Of a stretch of DNA of 64,000 nucleotides, positions 47,161 to 62,030 are shown one piece after another. The notes under the pieces were generated by a model. The model was given only the letters and a program-made list of their open reading frames with translations, ran no database searches and was not told the DNA's origin. The first letter of the stretch is position 1. Each line of letters begins with the position of its first letter. This DNA is from Eledone cirrhosa (lineage: Eukaryota): NCBI GenBank assembly GCA_964016885.1, contig OZ024742.1:358918001-358982000 (forward strand), in the 5' to 3' direction. The position numbers and the translations under genes were made by a program.

Positions 47161-48976
47161 GTGTGTGTGTGTATATATATATATGTATGTATGTATTTCA
47201 TATTTTAGAATGTTGCATCTTAATCGTATTTACTCCATTATTGAACGCCCAGACATGTTTTGGCGAAAGATTTGAATATCTGAACTATTCTGACACAGTT
47301 CTTTTATTATAGAATATAGAGAGTTAATAACTTAATTACAGTTTTTCGCCTCTACCTACTTCAACTATTGATTAATTTGTTTATTAATTTACAAATCTTC
47401 ATCATCACCAACAGGAATTTAAAGAAGGAAAGACACAGTGCCCTCTTTCATATATATTGACCAGACGAAATATTCTTTGAACAGGCTTTATCCTTCAATA
47501 AAAGCTTTTATCATAAAATATTATGTTAACATATTACGTTTACATCTATATTGAATATCAATGTATCATTGGGGGAACTATTAATAAAAATCAAATATAT
47601 ATTCATTTTTTACTGTAATAAATTGGTGTGAAAATTAGTTAAGAAATATAGTGGAAGTAATTGAAAACAAGAAATAATATACTGGGGAGCCATATCTACA
47701 AATTGGTTTTAGTATATCATTACTCCTGTGAAGCTAATTCACTTCGTTCATCCTGCCAATTCTCCTATATTATGTCACACAATTTTAGTCTAGTCTCGTA
47801 CACAAGTTATGAGTAATCACATATATTGCCAAGAATTTGAGGAGATTAATGGGTATTTACACCAGACAGAGTGCAAATAATAAAAAATATATGATGTTGC
47901 ATGAAGTATCAATCGCATATATAGAGAGAACACCTTTACGATAAACGTCGAGCTTTCAAATTAATAAATAAATAGCTGTTCACTATTTTATCTATGCCTT
48001 TATGTAAAACAACAGGGATTTACTGTATTATACACCAAACACAATGGTAGCGTTTGTCTTATTCCTCGATAAACGATAACGTCGTAGGCAGTTTGTCAAT
48101 GTAAATTCAATATAAAATGCAAAGCTACATAGCACCTGTACTCCCACTCCCAGATTTTAACTGCTCATGAATATAGCTGACAAAACTCTCAACAAGTTTG
48201 ACACATTGTTTCATAGTAGATAACTTCAAATGACAATCGCACATTTTCTATATAGGTAAGATTGAATGACAGTAACCTGGCTTCCATTTCCTCAAATATT
48301 ACGATACCACCAAAATTGGAGCTGAATGGGGCCATTCATTCACATTAGCCCTGAAAAAGACATACGTTTAAAACAGGAATTTTAAGCTGATGTTTCTTCT
48401 GTCCCGTGAGGAGTAAAACTATTACACTCATGTTCAGTTTAAACACATTCTATGTAGCATACATATTTAATTTTTTTTTCGATAAAACGAAGGAGACACT
48501 CCTATGTCTTGCTTATGGAAATGGAACTTGACGCGTTCATGTGTTTACTAGAGACATGAATGGAAAAAAGAAAAACAAATGCAATTGAATATCGAATCTA
48601 GTGCGGCATTCTAATAGTTTAATAAGTACATGGCATTCACACTCAGCGGTGGACTATACAAGTTGCCAGGTTGCCCAATGACAAGTGAATCCCAGGGGCC
48701 CGCGGTAGCATCGCAGGGGCCCACTGTAGTTTTAGGGGTAAATGCTTTACTTTCAAAAAATACCTGAAGTCTGAGAGAAAGAATAAAATTATATAAAAAA
48801 TAAATAAAACATTAAGCAAAGCATTTGGTCAACCAATTATTCAAGGAATTACTAGAAATCAAAACATACAATAGTGCAAATAGATGGAATCAGTGGTTGT
48901 ACATTCTACTAAATTTAAATCTTAGTGTATTACTGCATATATGTATGCAAACATAAATATATAGACACACAGACAA

Positions 48977-49010
<34 letters not shown>

Positions 49011-49061
49011 ACACACACACACAGACACACACATATATATACAGTAGTATTTACTTACACA

Positions 49062-49255
49062 TAGGCCGGTGGATTGGCAGTATCGGTAGAGGGTCGGATG
49101 CCATGCTTTGACGCATAGAATTACGGCCCTTGCCATTCTGAGTTCAAATCCCGCCGAGGTTAACTTTGCCTTTCATCCTTATGGGGTCGATAAAATAAAG
49201 TACCAGTAATGTACTGGCTAATTGCTGGCCTTGTGCCAAAAGTAGAAACAATTAT
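49062..49255 (+). mobile_element. tRNA-derived SINE
   Basis: Close copy of 46206-46393. Confidence 0.78.
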
Positions 49256-49674
49256 TTACTGACACATACACACAAACTACAGACCAAATAATTTTCGGTA
49301 TCAATGTTTAAAGACATCTGTCAAATCAATTAGTGGTGAAGGTGGTGTGTATATAGATATATATATATATATATATAGGAACGAGTAGGACCACAACGGC
49401 TGAGCTCAAGCCGTTTCGACAGCTAATTCTGAATTAGCCGTCGAAACGGTTTGAGCTCAGCCGTCGGGGTCCTACTCGTTCCTATTACCCACTCTACTAC
49501 CCTAAGTATTGAGTACGTTGGTGTGTTATGGTCCACTTGGTTCCTTACCACATTTCCTTCGTTATATATATATTTATATATATATATATATAGGAACGCG
49601 TAGGACCCCGACGGCTGAGCTCAAGCCGTTTCGACGGCTAATTCTGGACTAATTCTATATATATATATATATAT

Positions 49675-50335
49675 ATCATCATCATTCGTCGACTACTGTC
49701 GAGATGATGGATCTCACTCTCATGCCCCAGAATTCCCTGTCCCCCATCGCTGCCCCCAGGTCCTGTCTACCGATTCCCGTATCCCTAGAGATAACGTCGG
49801 GGGAATGACAGCCTCCTACTCCTAGTCAGGCTGGAGTCAGGGTTCCAGAGCAAGAAAGCGGATATGATTTTATTGCTGGCACGGTGACAGTGGCCAGCAA
49901 ATTGAGCACTCCGGGATTTTAGAAGGGCAGAGGCTCGATGGAGTTTGCCATAGATTTTAGACAAGGTGGGATGTCGTTTCCAGGATAGGTTTTGCACTCT
50001 CATTAAGAGGCGGGTATATGTGCCATCCAATCTCCTCTCAAGTTGTGATGTTAATGTCCAAGTTTCGGATCCATAAAGTAATATGGGCTTAATGGTTGCT
50101 TGGAATATTTCCAGTTTTAGCTTGTTGGTAAGTTGAGATGTCCATATGGCGTGCATGTCATTGCACGCTGATCATGCCATACCCTACCTGGTTAGAAAAT
50201 CTTTTTTGGAGGAGGAGATATATGAGCCAAGATACTTGTAATCTTCCACCTGCTTAAGGGTGGTACCATTAAGGGTTCTGATGGGGTAGTTTGGGCTGTT
50301 TGCGCATCTGTTCACATACTCAGTCTTGGATTTTT
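49675..50335 (-). mobile_element. RTE-group (RTE-X-like) LINE 3' fragment
   Basis: DYKYLGSYI, PILLYGSETWTLT..LERRLDGTYTRLL, FAGHCHR, short (GAT)n tail. Confidence 0.8.
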
Positions 50336-50775
50336 GTACAAGTTTAAAATATGTTATGTATACAAGTATACAAGTTGAAAATATGTTATATATATATATA
50401 TATATATATATTGAGTGAGTGTGAAAGATCAAAGGTCATTACTGGAGGTCTCTGGATTTCGAAAAATACTTTTATTGGCAACCAATATTTTTAGACCCAG
50501 TCGGCAACCGTTCACACTAATTTGCTACCTCTATCTAAAGATATTTGCTATATACTCTTCTGATAAACACGATACACTCCATAGTCTGTATATAGTGTTT
50601 ATGTCTTACGAAGAATTGTGTGGTTTTGCAAATTTTGCTTCCCTGATGGTTTCCAATTAATTATTTAACTTAAACAAATCAAGCGGTGCATAAAATGTAC
50701 CACCTTATCTCTGATCACCACATGCTGAAAACTAACAAATCGATGCAAAAAGAGATGGATATGAATATCTATGAC

Positions 50776-51510
50776 TTTGCCTTCTCTATTCTGTCCTCCG
50801 GGGCGATAGAGGGAGGGGAGGGCCGGTGCATGGGCCCCCATTTGTTTATAATAGTGAGAGATCAGGAGAGTGAGAGAGACGGAGGCAGTGAAAGAGAAAG
50901 AACATCAACATGCACTTGATAAAACCACGATAGATGTCATTTACAGTAAATCCTTAGGATATTGTCATAGATTTTCTACATGGAACTAATCCTAATTCTA
51001 TTCTTTTAGTTGTCTACCTCTTATCATTTAAGTCAATATTTACTAACTTTCTAACGTTCCATACCTCATTACTTTTAAAAGAACATTTGAGGATTTTTCA
51101 GTTGATTAAGCTAAGATGAACTTCAGTTGAACTGGCGTTGGTCAGGAGAAAATACATGTATTGTAGCTTGTTATTAACTTTAGTAACATTCCTCAGTTTA
51201 TGTCACCATTTCATGGTGTTATTTTATTTGTTGATGTGTTATAGTACAGGTGCTGGTGTCCTTGGCCCTAGGACACACTCCCTATCCACCACCATCAGCA
51301 AAGAGTTGGCTACACACAGGTGTGAGCCTCGCGAGTTGGAATGGCTCTTCCTGCGAGTCTCCCTCAACATCATCCAGAGAAAGGCCTTCTCTATTCTGTC
51401 CACCGGGGTCATGGGACAGCCAGGGGGTGAGCCCCCTATTTGTATATAATAGAGAGAGATGGGGAGAGTGAGAGTGGCAGAGGCAGTGAGTGAAAGAGAA
51501 CATCAACACT
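50776..51510 (+). mobile_element. Two CRE-like 3'-end fragments (50776-50915 and 51252-51510)
   Basis: GVLGP...EPRELEWLF.R.S..IQR..AFSIL, with a 3' UTR shared with 62696-62960 and 63330-63570. Confidence 0.65.
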
Positions 51511-51659
51511 TATTTATGTATTTATCTATTTGTATTATTTAATGTCCATGACAGAAATATGTTGAACAACTCGGCTGCGTTAAAACTGTAACATGGATTA
51601 ATACATTCAATTGTAGTAAAAGCCTAATAAATGGTGGGTAATGCTTTGCGTAATAAGGC

Positions 51660-51950
51660 AATTACCATCACAAGCACCACAACTATCACAGCCATCAGCA
51701 CTACCATCACCACCACCGGCACCACCAGGACAAACGTCAGCAACACCACCACCACCACCACCACCACCATCCTCACCACCACCACCACTATCACCGCCCT
51801 CAGCACAACCACCACGACCACCACCACCATCCTCACCACCGCCACTACCATCACCAACGCCACCACCACCACCACCACCACCATTATAATAATCATAATC
51901 GACGCCCCTCTCCTCCTCCACCACCTCCGCCTCATTATCATCATCATCAT
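51660..51950. repeat. Degenerate (CAC)n low-complexity tract
   Basis: Direct reading. Confidence 0.9.
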
Positions 51951-53218
51951 CTGTTCATTCCTTCGTTTTATTCTACAGTTCATTAAACTGGCATTAGATT
52001 GGTATTGACGAGAGTAAATCTCCATTTATCTAGAAACTACATGATACAATAAAGATATCTTTTTCAAATGAGTTGTCCCTACATCTTTCTAGGTTCTCAA
52101 AGGTCTACCTTTAATAGAAATGTTTTCTAACACAACTGATATTACATTTTCAGCTGGTTCCTTATATTTAAATGTATTTTACAATAGTTAGATTTTAATG
52201 AGGTAATAAATATCTTTAATATTTAAGTACCTTTCAAACCGTTATTAGGCAACTGATATGTTATTTAAATTATTGCTGTTGCTTTTAGAATGTCAAAGGT
52301 TTTCCAATTACTTCAGATTTTACGGAATTTATTTCATATGATTAGCATAAATATGAATAAATTGTTTTAATGTCAGATTCTCGATTTTCTATACATTTTC
52401 TTCAGTGAAAGAGATATTACTAATAAATCTTCTATTCTCTCTAGAGAATATTTTATAGAAATATTTCAACGAAGTAATATAAAGGTGGCTTTAGTTTAAT
52501 AAGACTTCATGTGGATTATCAATATTCCCTCATCATTTAGCTGTAGTATTCGAATATTATTTCCGAGAATTATAGAATAATTTAATTTTGATTAATGTTT
52601 TATTTCTAAATAATCAACAAACAATTTAGTTTTGAAATTGGCCAATCTCTAAAGTTTTTTAGTTGTTGACAGCAAAATAGCAAAGCATACGAATATGTCA
52701 AAATTGTATTTGAAATTACTTTTCCATTATTTATTTTTATCTATTTCTATTTCAAAACACATTGACATTTATAGAGACAGCTAAATAGCGAGTTTAAGGA
52801 ACGATAATATTTTCATGAAATTAGAAAGTAAAATTTAAAAAAAAAAGACTTTTTTGAAAAACACGATAAGAAGACTCGATCTATTAATCGTATATAACAG
52901 TGTTTCATCATTTCGATGGCTATTTCTCTTGCTAATTAATTACCTGTGCCATGGGTTTACCATCGAAGAAACTATCAATCAGAAAGACGAGTACAAGAAA
53001 TTCAGAAAACAGAGTTAATGATCTGAGTTAATCTCTGACATTAAATTATTTCATTACGACTTGTCCCATCATACTTTATACAACGAGAAATTGTTTGTTG
53101 CTAAGCAGGACATTCTCTCATCAAACTCTTCAATCTTACTTTGAGTATTTATCATAAAAATACGCAACATTAAACCGTACAGTGTTTTTATGACATACAC
53201 CATCACCTCCTGCTACAG

Positions 53219-53259
<41 letters not shown>

Positions 53260-53301
53260 TGTTTCTCACACTCCCTCTTTCATTCTCCCTTTATTTATTT
53301 A

Positions 53302-53350
<49 letters not shown>

Positions 53351-53453
53351 ACGAGCTGAGGATCCTCTAAGGTGGAACAATTGTTCTCGGGATGGTGAAC
53401 TAGCTGTTGTGTTACCACTTCTATATATATATATATGTATGTGTGTGAGTGTG

Positions 53454-53543
<90 letters not shown>

Positions 53544-53687
53544 TGTGTGTGTGTGTGTGTGTGTGTGTGAGTGTAAGCCATGAACAGGAAGCGATATACT
53601 AAGCCAAATTCATAGCAATGTCTATGTCACACATCAATCGTATGTTTTCTTAAAAATCATAAGAGATAGAAATTTTATTCTTCAAAT

Positions 53688-56600
53688 AATAAGGTCATTA
53701 CTATGGCTGTCTTTGGAATATATCTAAATAAGGTCATTACTATGGCTGTCTTTAGAATATATCTAAATAAGGTCATTACTATGGCTGTCTTTAGAATATA
53801 TCTAAATAAGGTCATTACTATGTCTGTCTTTGGAATATATCTAAATAAGGTCATTACTATGGCTATATTTGGAATATATCTAAATAAGGTCATTACTATG
53901 GCTGTCTTTGGAATATATCTAAATAAGGTCATTACTATGGCTGTCTTTGGAATATATCTAAATAAGGTCATTACTATGGCTGTCTTTGCAATATATCTAA
54001 ATAAGGTCATTGCTATGGCTGTCTTTGGAATATATCTAAATAAGGTCATTACTATGGCTATCTTTGGAATATATCTAAATAAGGTCATTACTATGGCTGT
54101 CTTTGGAATATATCTAAATAAGGTCATTACTATGTCTGTCTTTGGAATATATCTAAATAAGGTCATTACTATGGCTGTCTTTGGAATATATCTAAATAAG
54201 GTCACTACTATGTCTGTCTTTGGAATATATCTAAATAAGGTTATTACTATGGCTGTGTTTGGAATATATCTAAATAAGGTTATTACTATGGCTGTCTTTG
54301 GAATATATCTAAATAAGGTAATTACTATGTCTGTCTTTGGAATATATCTAAATAAGGTCACTACTATGTCTGTCTTTGGAATATATCTAAATAAGGTCAT
54401 TACTATGTCTGTCTTTGGAATATATCTAAATAAGGTCATTACTATGTCTGTCTTTGGAATATATCTAAATAAGGTCATTACTATGGCTATCTTTGGAATA
54501 TATCTAAATAAGGTCATTACTATGGCTGTCTTTGGAATATATCTAAATAAGGTCATTACTATGTCTGTCTTTGGAATATATCTAAATAAGGTCATTACTA
54601 TGGCTATCTTTGGAATATATCTAAATAAGGTCATTACTATGTCTGTCTTTGGAATATATCTAAATAAGGTCATTACTATGTCTGTCTTTGGAATATATCT
54701 AAATAAGGTCATTACTATGGCTATCTTTGGAATATATCTAAATAAGGTCATTACTATGGCTGTCTTTGGAATATATCTAAATAAGGTCATTACTATGGCT
54801 GTCTTTGGAATATATCTAAATAAGGTCATTACTATGGCTGTCTTTGGAATATATCTAAATAAGGTTATGACTATATCTGTCTTTGGAATATATCTAAATA
54901 AGGTCATTACTATGGCTGTCTTTGGAATATATCTAAATAAGGTCATTACTATGTCTGTCTTTGGAATATATCTAAATAAGGTCTTTGCTATGGCTGTCTT
55001 TGGAATATATCTAAATAAGGTCATTACTATGGCTGTCTTTGGAATATATCTAAATAAGGTCATTACTATGTCTGTCTTTGGAATATATCTAAATAAGGTC
55101 ATTACAATGGCTGTCTTTGGAATATATCTAAATAAGGTCATTACTATGTCTGTCTTTGGAATATATCTAAATAAGGTCATTACTATGGCTGTCTTTAGAA
55201 TATATCTAAATAAGGTCATTACTATGTCTGTCTTTAGAATATATCTAAATAAGGTCATTACTATGGCTGTCTTTGCAATATATCTAAATAAGGTCATTAC
55301 TATGTCTGTCTTTAGAATATATCTAAATAAGGTCATTACTATGTCTGTATTTGGAATATATCTAAATAAGGTCATTACTATGGCTATCTTTGGAATATAT
55401 CTAAATAAGGTTATTACTATATCTGTCTTTGACATATATCTAAATAAGGTCATTACTATGTCTGTATTTGGAATATATCTAAATAAGGTCATTACTATGT
55501 CTGTATTTGGAATATATCTAAATAAGGTCATTACTATGTCTGTATTTGGAATATATCTAAATAAGGTCACTACTATGGCTGTCTTTGGAATATATCTAAA
55601 TAAGGTCATTACTATGGCTGTCTTTGGAATATATCTAAATAAGGTCATTACTATGTCTGTCTTTGGAATATATCTAAATAAGGTCATTACAATGTCTGTC
55701 GTTGCAATATATCTAAATAAGGTCATTATTATGTCTGTATTTGGAATATATCTAAATAAGGTCATTACTATGTCTGTATTTGGAATATATCTAAATAAGG
55801 TCATTACTATGGCTGTCGTTGCAATATATCTAAATAAGGTCATTACTATGGCTGTCTTTGGAATATATCTAAATAAGGTCATTACTATGGCTGTCTTTGG
55901 AATATATCTAAATAAGGTTATTACTATAGCTGTCTTTGCAATATATCTAAATAAGGTCATTACTATGGCTGTCTTTGGAATATATCTAAATAAGGTCATT
56001 ACTATGGCTGTCTTTGGAATATATCTAAATAAGGTCATTACTATGGCTGTATTTGGAATATATCTAAATAAGGTCATTATTATGTCTGTATTTGGAATAT
56101 ATCTAAATAAAGTCATTACTATGGCTGTCTTTGGAATATATCTAAATAAGGTCATTATTATGTCTGTATTTGGAATATATCTAAATAAAGTCATTACTAT
56201 GGCTGTCTTTGGAATATATCTAAATAAGGTCATTATTATGTCTGTATTAGGAATATATCTAAATAAAGTCATTACTATGGCTGTCTTTGGAATATATCTA
56301 AATAAGGTCATTACTATGTCTGTCGTTGGAATATATCTAAATAAGGTCATTACTATGTCTGTCTTTGGAATATATCTAAATAAGGTCATCACTATGTCTG
56401 TATTTGGAATATATCTAAATAAGGTCATTACTATGTCTGTCGTTGCAATATATCTAAATAAGGTCATTACTATGTCTGTCTTTGCAATATATCTAAATAA
56501 GGTCATTATTATGTCTGTATTTGGAATATATCTAAATAAGGTTATTACTATATCTGTCTTTGGAATATATCTAAATAACGTCATTACTATGGCTGTGTTT

Positions 56601-59600
56601 GCAATATATCTAAATAAGGTTATTACTATGGCTGTCTTTGGAATATATCTAAATAAGGTCATTACTATGTCTGTCTTTGGAATATATCTAAATAAGGTCA
56701 TTACTATGGCTGTCTTTGGAATATATCTAAATAAGGTCATTACTATGTCTGTCTTTGGAATATATCTAAATAAGGTCATTACTATGGCTGTATTTGGAAT
56801 ATATCTAAATAAGGTCATTACTATGTCTGTCTTTGGAATATATCTAAATAAGGTCATTACTATGGCTATCTTTGGAATATATCTAAATAAGGTCATTACT
56901 ATGTCTGTCTTTGGAATATATCTAAATAAGGTCATTACTATGGCTATCTTTGGAATATATCTAAATAAGGTCATTACTATGGCTGTCTTTGGAATATATC
57001 TAAATAAGGTCATTACTATGGCTGTCTTTGGAATATATCTAAATAAGGTCATTACTATGGCTGTCTTTGGAATATATCTAAATAAGGTTATGACTATATC
57101 TGTCTTTGGAATATATCTAAATAAGGTCATTACTATGGCTGTCTTTGGAATATATCTAAATAAGGTCATTACTATGTCTGTCTTTGGAATATATCTAAAT
57201 AAGGTCTTTGCTATGGCTGTCTTTGGAATATATCTAAATAAGGTCATTACTATGGCTGTCTTTGGAATATATCTAAATAAGGTCATTACTATGTCTGTCT
57301 TTGGAATATATCTAAATAAGGTCATTACTATGGCTGTCTTTGGAATATATCTAAATAAGGTCATTACTATGTCTGTCTTTGGAATATATCTAAATAAGGT
57401 CATTACTATGGCTGTCTTTAGAATATATCTAAATAAGGTCATTACTATGTCTGTCTTTAGAATATATCTAAATAAGGTCATTACTATGGCTGTCTTTGCA
57501 ATATATCTAAATAAGGTCATTACTATGTCTGTCTTTAGAATATATCTAAATAAGGTCATTACTATGTCTGTATTTGGAATATATCTAAATAAGGTCATTA
57601 CTATGGCTATCTTTGGAATATATCTAAATAAGGTTATTACTATATCTGTCTTTGACATATATCTAAATAAGGTCATTACTATGTCTGTATTTGGAATATA
57701 TCTAAATAAGGTCATTACTATGTCTGTATTTGGAATATATCTAAATAAGGTCATTACTATGTCTGTATTTGGAATATATCTAAATAAGGTCACTACTATG
57801 GCTGTCTTTGGAATATATCTAAATAAGGTCATTACTATGGCTGTCTTTGGAATATATCTAAATAAGGTCATTACTATGTCTGTCTTTGGAATATATCTAA
57901 ATAAGGTCATTACAATGTCTGTCGTTGCAATATATCTAAATAAGGTCATTATTATGTCTGTATTTGGAATATATCTAAATAAGGTCATTACTATGTCTGT
58001 ATTTGGAATATATCTAAATAAGGTCATTACTATGGCTGTCGTTGCAATATATCTAAATAAGGTCATTACTATGGCTGTCTTTGGAATATATCTAAATAAG
58101 GTCATTACTATGGCTGTCTTTGGAATATATCTAAATAAGGTTATTACTATAGCTGTCTTTGCAATATATCTAAATAAGGTCATTACTATGGCTGTCTTTG
58201 GAATATATCTAAATAAGGTCATTACTATGGCTGTCTTTGGAATATATCTAAATAAGGTCATTACTATGGCTGTCTTTGGAATATATCTAAATAAGGTCAT
58301 TACTATGGCTGTATTTGGAATATATCTAAATAAGGTCATTATTATGTCTGTATTTGGAATATATCTAAATAAAGTCATTACTATGGCTGTCTTTGGAATA
58401 TATCTAAATAAGGTCATTATTATGTCTGTATTTGGAATATATCTAAATAAAGTCATTACTATGGCTGTCTTTGGAATATATCTAAATAAGGTCATTATTA
58501 TGTCTGTATTTGGAATATATCTAAATAAAGTCATTACTATGGCTGTCTTTGGAATATATCTAAATAAGGTCATTACTATGTCTGTCGTTGGAATATATCT
58601 AAATAAGGTCATTACTATGTCTGTCTTTGGAATATATCTAAATAAGGTCATCACTATGTCTGTATTTGGAATATATCTAAATAAGGTCATTACTATGTCT
58701 GTCGTTGCAATATATCTAAATAAGGTCATTACTATGTCTGTCTTTGCAATATATCTAAATAAGGTCATTATTATGTCTGTATTTGGAATATATCTAAATA
58801 AGGTTATTACTATATCTGTCTTTGGAATATATCTAAATAAGGTCATTACTATGGCTGTGTTTGCAATATATCTAAATAAGGTTATTACTATGGCTGTCTT
58901 TGGAATATATCTAAATAAGGTCATTACTATGTCTGTCTTTGGAATATATCTAAATAAGGTCATTACTATGGCTGTCTTTGGAATATATCTAAATAAGGTC
59001 ATTACTATGTCTGTCTTTGGAATATATCTAAATAAGGTCATTACTATGGCTGTATTTGGAATATATCTAAATAAGGTCATTACTATGGCTGTCTTTGGAA
59101 TATATCTAAATAAGGTCATTACTATGGCTGTCTTTGGAATATATCTAAATAAGGTCATTACTATGGCTGTATTTGGAATATATCTAAATAAGGTCACTAC
59201 TATGTCTGTCTTTGACATATATCTAAATAAGGTCATTACTATGTCTGTCTTTGGAATATATTTAAATAAGGTCGTTACTATGGCTCTCTTTGGAATATAT
59301 CTAAATAAGGTCATTACTATGGCTGTCGTTGCAATATATCTATATAAGGTCATTACTATGTCTGTCTTTGGAATATATCTAAATAAGGTCATTACTATGG
59401 CTGTATTTGGAATATATCTAAATAAGGTCATTTCTATGTCTGTCTTTGGAATATATCTAAATAAGGTCATTACTATGTCTGTATTTGCAATATATCTAAA
59501 TAAGGTCATTACTATGTCTTTATTTGCAATATATCTAAATAAGGTCATTACTATGGCTGTCTTTGCAATATATCTAAATAAGTTTATTACTATGGCTGTG

Positions 59601-59613
59601 TTTGCAATATATC
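53688..59613. repeat. 39-bp tandem array, ~152 units, consensus aataaggtcattactatggctgtctttggaatatatcta
   Basis: Exact 39-bp period maintained with no visible indels, which gives 13-aa repeat ORFs on both strands. Confidence 0.97.
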
Positions 59614-60477
59614 AATCATGTAATGTCATGATACATTATCAATTGATTCATGAAAATAAACCTATTTTGACAGTAAGCTACATTCCTTTATTTGTTGATT
59701 GCACATTTGTTTCTAGGTTCTAAACATGAATATTAACATGTAGGTATGCACCCGGGACTATCGATTGCGTCGCAGGGAAACCGTTGTGACCTAAGATAGG
59801 CATTTTAAAGTTGACGGAGACTATCTCCTCTCTAGGTCTGTCACTGCCAATTTCGTCCAGAGAATGAGAAAGCGAGAGAAAGCAAGAGAGGGCGAAAGAG
59901 AGAAAGAATGAGTGTTAGGTTTAGGGAGATAGAGAAGAGATGATGGCATAGAGCAATATTCGTCGCCAAGGCTGAATTATTTTTTCCAGCCTGTGGCGTT
60001 CGAGACGTTCGCTGGAGTTGGGCCGCTGACAGCAAAGATCCTATCATCACTGGTGGCTCACCTTACTTAGGTGTCAGATGATGGCCGTGAAGGGTGCCTG
60101 GATGTTTCAGTGCCTTAGCTTCACCATTACCCAGCCTTACTGAGGTGTCAGATGATGCCCGTTAAGGGTGCCTGGATGTGTCAATGCCTTAGCTTCACCA
60201 TCACCCGTGGAAATGTTGCGAGCATGTTGGCTTGTCTGAAAGTGTGCAGTTAAACCCCAAGATGTGAGGTGTTGCAGATTGTCACACTTGGAGGTGAATT
60301 ACCCCCACCTCACCCTCCTCCGCTCCCCAACCCACATAATCTTCTATTTTTCCTTCTCTTTTACTTTCCTTTATCATTTTGGTTCAATGAATTTATATTA
60401 TTGTGTTATTAAACACGGTTTAGACATATTTGTCCTTCTGAACGAACTGCGAGCAATTTTTGGTGTTATTTACGCAT

Positions 60478-61133
60478 TTGTTATGTTATTTATAATGTTA
60501 TTTATTCATCTGTTATGTTATTTATACTGTTATTTATTCATCTGTTATGTTATTTATAATGTTATTTATTCATCTGTTATGTTATTTATAATGTTATTTA
60601 TTTATCTGTTATGTTATTTATAATGTTATTTATTCATCTGTTATGTTATTTATAATGTTATTTATTCATCTGTTAAGTTATTTATAATGTTATTTATTTA
60701 TCTGTTATGTTATTTATAATGTTATTTATTCATCTGTTATGTTATTTATAATGTTATTTATTTATCTGTTATGTTATTTATAATGTTATTTATTCATCTG
60801 TTATGTTATTTATAATGTTATTTATTTATCTGTTATGTTATTTATAATGTTATTTATTCATCTGTTAAGTTATTTATAATGTTATTTATTTATCTGTTAT
60901 GTTATTTATAATGTTATTTATTCATCTGTTATGTTATTTATAATGTTATTTATTCATCTGTTATGTTATTTATAATGTTATTTATTCATCTGTTATGTTA
61001 TTTATAATGTTATTTATTCATCTGTTATGTTATTTATAATGTTATTTATTTATCTGTTATGTTATTTATAATGTTATTTATTCATTTGTTAAGTTATTTA
61101 TAATGTTATTTATTCATTTGTTATGTTATTTAT
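60478..61133. repeat. 32-bp AT-rich minisatellite, ~20 units (tgttatgttatttataatgttatttattcatc)
   Basis: Direct reading. Confidence 0.95.
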
Positions 61134-61554
61134 GCATATCTTTAAAATATATTTGCAACTGTAAATTTATGCAACTATAATAAAAAATTTCTGAATCGGT
61201 CTCAGAAGGATGAAAAGCAGAGTTGAGCAGAGAGGAATTTGAACTCAGTGGTCACGGAAACCCAGACTACAACAAGATATTCAATATGACGGCTTAACTA
61301 TATACCAATTTAATATCAACCACGTTAACATACTTCTGTTCTTTAATATGTTTTCATCAGTTATCCATTGTTTATGCTTTTTTACAACTTCAGACACGTT
61401 TTTAAGATTGAACACTTCAGTATCAATGTAAACAAACTGAAACGAAGGATTCACGTTTAACTATTGCTGCATCTTGGAACACGTATAACGGTAAAATTAT
61501 GGTAGCATATGTAAACGTGTTCTGTAAATACTGCAGTATTATAGGTGGCGAATG

Positions 61555-62030
61555 TGAAGGCGCGTGGCTTTGTGATTAGGGTATTCGGCTTTCAATCATA
61601 AGGTTGTGTATTCGATTACCGGCGGTACGTTATACTCTTGAGCAAGACACTTTATTTCATGTTGCTCCAGTTGACTCAGTTGATAAAAATGAGTTTAGCC
61701 TGTATTTCGAATGGCCAGCTTAGTCATGTTCTGTCTCATTGAGAACTACGGTAATTGGATGCATGTCTGTGGAATGCTCAGTCACTTGCACGTTAATTTT
61801 ACAAGCAGGCTTTTCCGTTGATCAGATCAACTGGAACATTCATCGTCGTAACCGATGGAGTCCCAGTTCATAGGCGGCGAATTGACAGAGTCATTAAAAC
61901 ATCGATTATAGTCCTTTGAGATAGCCTGTCTCGCTTCCTGATCTCACTGTTCAAATCCCGCCAATAACTTTGCTTTTCATCAATTCGAGGTCGATCAAAA
62001 AAGTACCATTCTAGTACTGAGATCGATTCT
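61555..62030 (+). mobile_element. Two adjacent tRNA-derived SINEs (~61555-61868 and ~61870-62030)
   Basis: A/B-box-like heads. The first has a CORE-like ttgagcaagacacttt, the second the ctttcatc..gaggtcgat..agtacc body. Confidence 0.6.

Noticed and set aside
48130-48360. Possible host exon on the minus strand after tctttttcag
   Set aside because: All three frames stop soon after the acceptor, and the 48-codon ORF has no recognisable homology.
48643-48730. hAT/MITE-like terminus (cagcggtggact...ggggccc repeats)
   Set aside because: No matching second terminus or target duplication was found.
53688-59613. CRISPR array
   Set aside because: Units are contiguous with no unique spacers, there are no cas genes, and the context is eukaryotic.
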